Under the pieces are notes generated by a model that was not told where the DNA came from, did not search any database, and worked only from the letters and a program-made list of their open reading frames with translations. Made by a program: the position numbers and the translations under genes. Positions 1-11,155 of a stretch of DNA of 64,000 nt are shown here, in pieces (the stretch's first letter is position 1; each line of letters opens with the position of its first letter). Source of the DNA: Ascidiella aspersa (taxonomy: Eukaryota); assembly GCA_963924565.1 (NCBI GenBank), contig OZ004610.1, forward strand, positions 13,268,001-13,332,000. Direction: 5' to 3'.

Positions 1-99
1 ACCTTTCAGTTTTTGGTTTGTGACAAACCTTGCTTAAAAAAACTCCGGCTACTATATATTTATCAGTTAGGCGTCCAGTAGTTTAATGCTGCAAATAGT

Positions 100-520
100 T
101 TATCGACAATCTGCTGCTGTAGCATTAGTTGGTACAGACCTAACCTCAAGCCCCGCACAAAGCGAATACGTCACCAGCGCGGCTGCCGCCTCGTTGTAGA
201 CTAGCGCTCCCTCCTTTTTTTCTCTCTCGCGTCGCGCGTGGCTTATTCTGGCACACACGCACCCACATTTGACCGCGCCGCGCTCCCTCCGTGCATTTTT
301 AAACTGCCTGGGCGCTGCTATGGCGCGGTTCGGCGTCAGTGAACGCAGTACGCACTCTTGTTGCCACTCTCCGTTGTTTCTCTTACCATCGGGACGGACG
401 CCGTCGTTCGCTCTATTTCGCGAAACACGCAAATAATTCTGGTTAAAGTAAGCACCGCCGCTTTTCACGTCGTGCATCGTTTTTTTTCGAAATTTGTTTT
501 TCAATATTACGGAGCATTAC
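100..520 (+). promoter_or_regulatory. CpG-rich promoter-like island and probable non-coding first exon of BCOR
   Basis: Dense CG dinucleotides at 150-480 next to a CpG-poor gene body. Strong donor TAC|GTAAGT at 520/521 and a second candidate AAA|GTAAGC at 447/448. Confidence 0.5.
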
Positions 521-859
521 GTAAGTCGCCTCAATTCTTTTCTACGTTGTTATGCTAAACGTTTTAAATATATGATTTTTCTTTTTGTTATTTAAAATTA
601 TTCTCGGATTCGGTTTCGGGTAATTAACTGAACCAATATTTTTCTTCGGTATTATTTATGACATATTTAAAATTTAAAACTTTTCAACATTAAATAGATT
701 ATTGTCTGAAGCTTACTGCAGAATGCTTCATCCATTTTATTACATCCCATTCTCAATTTTCGCCAGTACCTTAAAAAAATCTAGCGAATAATTGGAGATA
801 AGCCAACTAATCTAAAGGACATTGTTTTTTATTGGTTAAATTTTATTTTGTATTTTCAG

Positions 860-3800
860 GCTGGTGGGACAGCTTTGCATCTTGCAGCGAAAAGAGGTGA
901 TGTGGCCACTATTGAACTGTTATTGTTCTATGGAGCTGATCGAACGAAAAGGTAAGTAATGCCTAAGCATTGTAGCTTTCAAAGGAATGTGAAAGTTACT
1001 TGTTTGAACCTGTCGTGTTTGTTTTATAATGTGGCATTATGTAATTTATGAATATAAAATGTACTTCAAAGAATATTGAAGCTCTTCCCACATTTATTAA
1101 TTTACAATAAAATTTGTGTTAAGGGCAGAGTAGACTGTCATTTAAAACAAACTTGAATCAAAATTAACACTGCCTTTTGGTTATTATAACAGGGACAGCT
1201 TGGGATATCCACCTGAATTTTATGCAAATAAAAATGGACTTTCTATTGAAAAATTATATCAAAGTTTACAAATGGTCCTGGGTGAAAATACTAAAATGGT
1301 ATGTAATATCTCCATTATTCAATACTAAAAGTAAAGTGTATTTTTTATGGTTATTATTTTCTTTAAATAGTTTATGCAACTATAATACCAATATGTCCTT
1401 CAATCAAAATGTATTTTTTTTATGAAACCTTTGAATGTTTTGTTTAGTATAACTGTGTTTTGTTTTAGCATAACCTTGCTCTGCTGACTGGTGCAGCCAC
1501 AGAGAACATGAGACATGCTCAAGGAACATCACCATTCACAGAAATGGGAAGGCTACTGTACCAAACCTATCAGCCGCCCATTCTTGCTCAGGATTTGATT
1601 CAAAAGCAATTCAGTCACATGCTTGCACCTCAAGCAAGAAACCCAATGTTTGACTCAAATCACTCCTCAGGGTCCTATAACATACACTCAAATTCGTCAG
1701 TTAGTAGGATGAGGCCCGATGTTATGTTGGGTTACAACCCATTACCATCGCACTCACCTGGGTTTTCGCAAGCATCCTATGATAGATTCCCCATTCCCTT
1801 TGAGAATATGATGAGGCCATCATCACACAAACCTAGTTTGAACCCAACTGGCGTTAAACACCAAGTAGGCGATACTTTTGACATCTCAAAACAGAGAAAG
1901 AGTCCTTACAACAGTGCATCATCTCAATTCCAGCAACAGGCGAAGTCATTGTCAGGTGGCGATTCTTCGGTTTTTAAAACTTACATAAGAAATGAGTCAC
2001 ATCAAGGCCGAATAGACTTGCAAAAGTCCTCCAGGGAGAAAAGTTCTGACAGAAGGTACCAAGCGAGTGATTCAAAATCCTCATTTCACATTGACAGTCT
2101 TGCAAAATCACATGCAATCTCATCAATGGTCAACAAACCTATTGAAACAACAAATGAAGTAACACATCAACGAAGTTATGCTGCTACCAGTTATACGGAT
2201 TCCTTGTTATCAAGTGGGATTGATGCAGCTCAAATCCGATCACCTTTTTCAACTGATTTTTATCGCCACTCCGAAATACCTGGGCTTAATACCCCTGTGT
2301 CAGCATCTAATGTTAAAATGGCCCCAGGTTATCCTTACCACCACAGCTATCCAAATGGTGATGGCCAATTTCAAAATATTCCCCTTCCTTATATCGCACC
2401 TTACCCTTATTCTACCCACGATCCTAAATCAAAAAGGCCACAAGAACAAACAGTGTTATCCAGTAGAGGACATGAGTCCAGGCAGTTTAATCATCAACCT
2501 CCTTCACTGAAATCTAGCTTTGCTCCACTTGAACCAGTCCATAAAAAGTCCATGTTGGGTGCCTCAAACAGTCCTCCTGTAAGTGCAACAGGATTCTATA
2601 ACCCCAGCAAGAATGGACTTGAGACTATTGAGCTAAAAAGTTCGAAGAAACTAAATCGTTCTAGTAATGAACTTCACCCTACAACGATGACACATGAATT
2701 TGACGGGAGACTAGACAGGCCTGTTCAACGTAGCTTGTCAAAGATACATGAGCCAACAAAAGTGCCACAAGAGCATATTGTACTCACAAGAGGGTTAGTA
2801 GACAACGGAAGTAATCTCCATCCAGTAAGCAGAGAAATTCAAAATCCTCAAAATTTTGAAAATTACCCTGTTTCCTATTCACTGCAAAAACCTCCACTGC
2901 ATACTGTTGATAAAATTGTATCACCAGTACACAAGCCTGAAAAAGATGCCCCCTGTACATCCACTGCTCAGCCTCAGGCAAGTTACCATCCTGTGAAACC
3001 GCTCCCACCAGTGATTGTTATACCAGACGTAAATGAAAATTCAACTGTGGAAAATGATTCTAAACATGTAGTCGATACCCAAAAAGATGTACATAAGTCA
3101 AGCGGTGACACAATTTCTAAAGCTGATACTGACACTCTTACAAACACTGAAGGTATTGAACAGGACAATAAAAACTTGGATCCTCCAACAAATCAAGTAC
3201 CATCTCAAACTCCCATGGAATCAACATCTAAAGAAAAGATAGCCCAAAAAAGAAAGCTAGCACATGGTAAACTTGACATTGTGTATTTTTAGTTTTACCT
3301 TATTTTTTGCCTGAACTTAACTGATTGTTAAGTTTATAGTAGTGGTTTTCAAACGTTTTTTAACCTAGTACTAATACAGGCGATTTACCAGACAAGCTAT
3401 CAAATTATTTTTAATATTATTGTTATTAAAAATTAGTGAATAGAATGTGCACTAGCTAATATTATTTATCAGTCAATGAAATTATTGGATTATCGTGAGT
3501 CCACTGACCGCAGTTTTGAGAACCACTGGTTTAGAGATTAGATTTTACTTACACTTTAAAATATTTACTTTTAGATCCATCGGAGGACATTGCACAGAAA
3601 AAGAACAGATCAGAGAGTACGGATGTTGACTCCTTGTCTACAGATACTAACAGAAAACAATCCTCAGATGATGCAGCAAAAAGAGAAAAGCGACAGCGAA
3701 AATCTGAAACAGGTACATTGCCTGAAGTTCTTGGTGCCTAAGTATCTAATTCAGCTGTGGGCAAATGGGCTGTTTACTGGTATACTGGTATGTGCAAAAT

Positions 3801-6800
3801 TTTGCCTTGTTATATTCCCTCACCTCCTAATGTTGCTGTTTACCGTCTTTCTGAAAAGTAATAGACCGCTTGAAGTTTAAAATAGCCTCGGTTAACTTTT
3901 CATGATGGCATAAAACAAAACTGCAAACTAGGGATTGCACACAAAATTTCTGGCTTATACTGGTATTTTTCCTAAATTGCTTATAGTTGCATATCTTGAA
4001 AAGGACTTCAGCCTTCCGAAATTAGGACAACATTAACTTCAAAACAAAGGTAGTTGGGAATGGTGCGGAACCGGACAAATACCTAATAGAAGTCCATTGG
4101 AATCAGACCGAAAAGGCCAGAATAAAGCCTATACAACCTTTTATCTAACCCCACTCATTACCCGACATATTCCGACATGTTGGGTTGTTAATCTGTTATG
4201 ATTATTACTGCAAGTTTTGCTTTATTATGTTGTTGGTCTTAATGCTATTGTTGCTTTGTAGGTGTTATTGTGTGTTCACCTTGAAAGTACTGTAGAATCA
4301 ATGAGCTAACCTTATTTAAAAAAATATATATAGGTTTTTATGTTAAAGCTTTTTTTTCTGTTGCTCGCGGCGCACCGGTTAAGAAACGCTGCACTATTGG
4401 TTTGTTGCGCGATATTTTCCTGTCTGAAATATAGAGTATTGGTATCCGACATCCCTAGACCAAACCGAGTCCAATAAAAATGACAACATTTCGATAATTT
4501 TCAATAGATATTAATGTGTGTCTGGATAATGATGATGTATCTAGGGTTTTACTTTGGTATATACGTTGAAAACCATTGTTGTATTCTTTTGACACGGTAA
4601 TGGCCTGGTAGATTAGTTCGTTTTAAATTCGAAGAAACAGATTTAATAAAACTTTTGAATATTTAAAAGAGTTTAAAGTTACCTTAGTTATTATTGTAAA
4701 ATGCTAAAATGCCTGGTTAGGTGTCTGTTTTGGTAATAGTGCTGAATTACAGTATGTTTAATCCCTGGCATGGTCTTGCGGCACACCTTTTGCAGAGCAC
4801 TAGGCTTAGGTCCAAGTTTTTGAGAAAAACAGCAGTAATCTTACCAATCTTAGGTTTGTCTGTTGAAAAAGTCCAACATGTGCATATATTTACATTCAAG
4901 AACTATTTTGTTTAGCTTATTGTAACATACTTTTTGTTGTGCAGAGGATGAATTTTATTATGCCTGGGGTGATGCATATGATGACTTTTCCAGCACAGAA
5001 CCAGAAAATGATGATTCTAGTGATGAAGATTTTTGCTGTCCAATAACTAAGCAACCTATCATAAAATCAAAGTCTTTGGGAAAAAGAAGACCAAAACGCT
5101 CATCTTCTTTTAGAGCATCTGATTCTTTGAATGGAAGTTCCGACCATTCAATTGGGGACAATTTTAGTGAATCAGAACAAAGTTCAACCAAAAATCGTAA
5201 AAGATCCAAGGCGGAAACCTTGGAACACATGAAGAATAAAAAAAGGCAACAGCTTGCCAAAAGTATATTGCAGCATAAACAAAACAAAAAGAAGTTGAAA
5301 AAGAACCGCAAATTATCAAGTGACTCTGTATCCAGCAACTCTATAAAAAACAATCGCCTATCCCGGGCTGTTTTAGAGAAAGTGGATATATCTCAAAAAG
5401 ATAGACTGCGCAAGAAATCCAAGTTGGAGAAGCGCAAACAGCGTGGAAAGGCTAGAAATGAGAGAGATAAAAACACTGGTAAGTTTAATACCAGCGAGGA
5501 AAAAACATCTCCTGAAGGTAGAAAGAAGAGCAAATACTCCAAACGAGAATTTCAAAAGATTAAATTAGAGAAAAGGTCAAAAAAGAAAACTTTGCAGAAG
5601 CTAAGAGCAAACCAACCACCATTGAAGATTAGTACCTCAATTGAAAAAAAGGATGAGTCCCCCTGTCCTAAGATCTCAAAAACATTAATGGAGTTGTACA
5701 CAGGATCTAAACCTGAACCGGCCAATGTGGATCTCCACTCACCTGTCACAAACACAAGCGAGTCATCAAATTTATTTGGTGATGAACTTACTGAAAAGGA
5801 AGCCCAGGTTTTAAGCAAAATCCTGGAGAATGATAAACAGCCTTTAGTAGGCTCTTCTGCTGTTAGTTCAAATACTGTTTCCAGGCAAACAAACAACGAG
5901 GATAAACCAACAGAAGTGAATTTAGTGGAAAAACCTAAATCCGAAGAGAAACCTAAAAAGAAGCGAGGACGAAAGCCAAAGAACATTGTACGCGAAGAAA
6001 ATTTAAACTTAGTTTCAACTAAAGACACAAAACAAGTAGAAGCACTTTCTGAAATGAATGATAAGGATGAACTTTCTAAACAAGTTAAAAAGTTCAAACT
6101 GTCCAAAAAGTCTAATAAATACACTAAACAACCACATACACCATTAAGGTAAATTATCTTTACTTAAACATTGAAGTTCAATGTCTTAGTGTAATACATG
6201 TGATGTTTTGCAGAAACAAACTCGCAAATGCAATGAAGGACTTAAATGATGATAAATCTAACATTGATGATCACAAAATAAAAACAGAGGTGATTCCTAA
6301 TTAGTCTTGGTCAACTGGTTTAATTACTAATGTAAAATAAAAAAATATTTTTTTCTTTATAAACCATATTAGTGTGATTGGGATATATTATGTTAGTGCT
6401 ATTTTTTGCTGATCTACTGACTGTTAACATGGTTTCCATGAGAGGTGTCATCGTTTTATTCTACTTCATATGTTTATGTTTCAACATCTATATATGAAAT
6501 AAAGTTATCTGATTATTATATTCCAGAATTGTACAACTATTTACCTTTTACCGTTTATCTGAACAGATAACACCAATTGCACACCAGCACAATCAAGTGG
6601 CTTTGCCTTCCCTTCTTTCACGCTTAACCGACGCAGGTTCCATAAAAGTATGTATAATTTTTAAAACATGAAAAGTAAAAGTGTTTCCTTTATTTTGAGC
6701 ACTTTGAATTAAGACTTTTTTGTTTTGTTGAACCAGGCTGAAGAGGAACAGCTTCCAATTAAACCACAAACTTTTGATTCAAGATCTAATTCTCCCTTTT

Positions 6801-9800
6801 CTTCTCAACCCTCTTCCTCGGCATTAAATGACTTTAGAAGCTTCCAACATCCAAATCGTTCTCGAGCTTCAACCCCTCTCAGTATTTTCAAGGAAAGAAC
6901 GCCACACCCATCCCCTTTACCTCCCAGTAAGTTAACCTCATACTGTAAGTTTTTTCTGCAACTCTTGAATCATTATAGGGTTCTATGTAAAAGTGTCAAA
7001 TAGAGCAGTATTTCTTGGTAAATGGTTCATCCAAGGGTGGATTACATTTTTTTTCAAGGTTTAACCCACAGATAGGGGTAAATGGTTTATCAACTTGCTA
7101 TTTGTATGCATTGCCTACATAGTATAAAATGCACAACTAACCCAATCAGCCGTTAATAGTATTGTTATTACGGCAAGTTAAACAACTGATTCTCATGTAT
7201 ACCAAATGCATATTAGAATAGATTTTTTAAACTTTTTTAAGGACGAGAACTACTAATGGATAATACTGAAATATGTTGACTGTTTGTTTAATGGAAGTGG
7301 CACAAAAAATATAATTTAATCTCAATTTTCCACAAAATATTGGTAATTCCAGTATTGTCATCTACATACATAATTTTGTGCTGTTATTATTTTTTAATGC
7401 TTTTTACACACAGGCTTATTTACATAATTTATTATTGTAAATATGAATAAATCTCTAACGCTCCAATTGACGTGATAGAAAAATCTGAAGTTGTGAACCA
7501 CCAACCCTAAGTTAACATAAAACACCCATATATAGATATGGAGAAATTTTATTTTATCGTAACACACATACCTAAATTATATTGTATACAATACACGTTT
7601 ACAATAATAGATCTGGGGTGGATCCAGACAGGGGGTGGGCATAATCACTCCCTAATACTATATATTGTTTCAATTATACATAAATATAAGCGAAGATTTT
7701 CACAAAAATCTTATATGCCTTTGTAGTGTGTTTAATTAGTTTAGGGGGATTTACATACGTCAAATAACAGCCCTATTCAATATATTTTGTATTCAACTAA
7801 ATAAATGTAAATTTTGCCACTGTCCGAAAAGATTTTGATACCATTTTCTATGTTACCAGGCTTGTGCATCATGAACTCAGTCCCCTCCTATCTAAATAAT
7901 CTTAATAAATGCAATTTTCTTGAGTATATGAGTATCGTGTTCTTTAAAGTAAACTTTTGCAAATTTAAACCTATTATTCACCATTTTTCGCGATTTGCAT
8001 AAATGCTTTAATTCAACTTGACGTTTAATATGATGTCACATTGTGTCTTTATCACATCGTTTTTGAAACAAGTTTATAAACCCCTAAAAAATCGCCCTTG
8101 TAATCCATAGTTATTTATATATTCATACCTTTTACATTTGGGTAAATGGAATGTGGAATTCTGTTGTGTGGGGTGACTGAAAATTTTTAACAAACACTGA
8201 AATAGAGCTTGCTTTTATGGTGTTATTTGTTACCTATTATGTGTTTTCTGCCTATTTTTAAGATATTTACGATTGAACAAATTAAAAATCTATTTAAATT
8301 TTTTCATATGACTATGCCTAAACAACTAATATCTTCTTTTTGCCTTTAGACTTCAAGAAATTGTCCTGTAATTCTGCAATTGGGGAAACTGTCTTGCACA
8401 AGGCTGCCAGACATGGTTATTTGGTAAGTTGTCAGGCAGGTTTATACTTGTAGAGTTCTTACACTAGTCCCTAATCGTAGTATTTTTTGCTGTGTCAATG
8501 GAAAAGACGTCCTAGAAAATGGTCGTAGAAAGGACTTATCAGACGTTTATGTTCTATTTTTGCCTTGTGACAGTAATTTAAAAGTCATATGTTTATTTAT
8601 TTTTAGGACAACCTACAACACTACCTTGATCGTGGTTTTGATGTTAACACAAAAGACAATGCAGGTTACACCGCTCTACATGAGGCATGTGTTCAAGGTC
8701 GCCTGGACACTGCAAGACTTTTGCTTGAATTTGGTGCAAACTTAAACCTCAACTCAACAGATGGGACAAGGTAGTGGTGAAACAGGGCTTTCTGGTAACA
8801 TAAGCTAATCCAACACACTGTTAGAGAATGTATAATACCTTTGGGTAAAACCATTTAATTTTGTCTGTTTTGTGTTAGAATATAATGTGAAACAGTTGCT
8901 TGTATCATAAAAAATATATTTACAGGCCTGTGCACGATGCAATTGAGTATGACCATCTGGAAATGACAAGGTTGCTCCTTTCTTGTGGGGCTGATCCTTT
9001 GCTGAGTAAGTTTTCTGGCAGAGCGGTTCGGCACATGATTAGAAGTCCAGCAATGGACAAATTTATGACAGGTGAGTAGGCTTATAAGTTTTAATATGAA
9101 ACTATTGATTTATTTGCATTTTGTGGAGTTTTTATTACTTGCTATCTAAGAGTAAGGTTTATGATATCAAAAATAGCTGTCTAAAAAGTTCCAACTACCT
9201 CTGTTTTACAATAGGGCCTTATTTTCAGTGTCCTTTTTGCTAAAGTCAAATGGTAATTTAGTTTAGCCACATGTTTCTTTCTTTTGTATGTACATTGTTA
9301 ACACTTAACTAAAATGTGCATATCCTTGGTGCAAATTGTTTTTCTTTAAGAAATAAAAGTGAATAAAACCATTTTTGACATGCAGCTTACATCAAAGAAC
9401 TTAAGAAATTGAGCCAGGAAACAATTGCCGATTCAGGTTTGGAATGGAAACTTGCTGCTTCAAGCATTTTCGGTACTTTTCAGTGGATTGGTTATACACG
9501 TCTCTTTTTGTTGGTGAATCTTTAAATAAACTGTTAAATTTCAACAGATTCTGAAAAAAGTCAGGGATATAGCGTAACAGCAAATGTTCCTGAAGACATC
9601 ACATATGATGATTTCGTGGAGATTGAAGTGTTTGATGAAGCACCACTCCAGAGTTATTTTGTTCAGCCATCTTCCTCAAGCAGGTAAGTTTTGCGATGTC
9701 TGCTGAGGATAACGTTTCAAGTTTTGTCAAAAGAAAGTATGTTTGCAAAAATTATTGTTTACATGCTCTCAAGCCAAATGTTAAGCTACTAATTTATTAT

Positions 9801-10778
9801 TCAAATAAGTTATATCTAACGTTACACAGCATCATTAAAATCTATTATATTTTATCCTAATCTGCATATTTGTCTTTTCAGTCGTTCAAACTACTATCTG
9901 TTGGTTGATCTTCTGCAAAAGCACAAATGTTCAAGGGGAGAATTTTTATTAAAATTTCCAGTGGATATCAAGACAATGCAGTTGGAAACACTTATGGAGG
10001 AGGCCGCCACAAACACTGTAAGGGATAGTTCAAAATGTTATGTGTTTATGCATAAATATGACAATGATAACGTTCTGTATGGTTTTAGATTCAAAAGAAG
10101 TGTCAACACATTGACGAAACCATTACTGATTCTAATATAGTGGAACTGGTCGCAGTGGATAAAATTCATGAAAGTGAGACCATGTACCACATTTTCGAGG
10201 ATGGAGAAGTTAAAGAACAAATCAGAATCCCAAAGAAGCCTGTAGATTTACCAACTGAACCACCCACCTCATTGTGGGGCCCAGTCGCAACGGACAACAA
10301 TGTGTCAGACAGCGAAAAACCTGTGTCGATATTGAATAAGCAGCCGTGTTGCTCCTATAGGACTAAACCAGCTTTAGTGAATAAAAGTCCTCAAAGACAA
10401 AGTACTATAGAACATAGGACGCCGTCATGCAAACCCCTACAGCATCCTGCTGCATTCCAGCACCCACCTGGAATTTTTCATCCTCGGCCTGTTATGCCTG
10501 CTGCAGCTAACACTATGGCAATTCAGTCTGGTCATATAAACTATGGAGGTAACAACCCTCCTCCACCACCATTTCAAGGATATGGAGGCTGGAATAACTA
10601 TGCAATGAGTTCCCACCACAAGCCCTTGCAGGCCGGTGCTGCGGTGCCTAGTATAAACAAGTTTGATTACAGAGACAGATTATACAACTGTAAACCATCA
10701 CAAAGTGTTAATTTGGAGAATGGCTTCGGTGATTTAGAAGCTCAAGCGTTGCCAATGGAGAGGTTTTCAACCTTCTAA
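860..10778 (+). CDS. BCOR: BCL6 corepressor (BCOR/BCORL1) orthologue, 15 exons in window; 5' end may lie upstream of the window
   Basis: Phase-consistent GT-AG exons: 860-951, 1193-1298, 1469-3266, 3575-3712, 4945-6148, 6214-6289, 6567-6647, 6737-6944, 8350-8423, 8607-8770, 8926-9071, 9386-9472, 9548-9683, 9882-10017, 10089-10778 (5136 nt, one open frame; 1632 aa from ATG 1508). The ankyrin triplet [13 protein letters not shown] / [17 protein letters not shown] / [28 protein letters not shown], followed by [38 protein letters not shown], matches the BCOR ankyrin-linker-PUFD region as recalled. Confidence 0.9.
3340..3528. mobile_element. hAT (Charlie/Buster-type) MITE in a BCOR intron
   Basis: Termini TAGTGGTTTTCAAAC and TTTGAGAACCACTG. 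8-bp TSD GTTTATAG (3332-3339) / GTTTAGAG (3529-3536), one mismatch. Confidence 0.8.
7006..8199. mobile_element. Non-autonomous hAT-type element (~1.2 kb) in a BCOR intron
   Basis: Degenerate termini CAGTATTTCTT and AACAAACACTG, flanked by a perfect 8-bp TSD AAATAGAG (6998-7005, 8200-8207). No transposase ORF. Confidence 0.65.
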
Positions 10779-11155
10779 TTTTGTTGTGTTTTTCTTTTGA
10801 GTTCAAAAATTACAAAGTGTTTACTTTGAATTCACTAAATTTTTATTTTGTGATCATAGAAAATCTGTTTCATTGTCGTTTATATCTATGTTCTTTTGTT
10901 TGTGTTATTTTCCTTAACAAGACCTGTTTTTAACTTTGCGTTAAAGATTACGCAGCCGTCTGAAAATCATACAACTTATTTGCAACATCTTTACTTTTTG
11001 TGGCATGATAGGTCATCTATTTCTTGTGTAACAAAGTTCAATACAAGAAAACATGAATATTTTAAACTTATTATTAAAAAACTGAAAGTACAAAAATAGT
11101 TCACAGTCAACATTTTATGGCCATCGATGTGAATACTGCCATTCTGCATTGCACA

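Noticed and set aside
3929-4456. TAGGGAT...ATCCCTA-bounded MITE
   Set aside because: The flanks match at only 5 of 8 positions and the interior looks like several degraded fragments, so boundaries are not supportable.
4958-6124. Antisense ORFs opposite the Lys-rich BCOR exon
   Set aside because: Shadow frames of the real coding exon.
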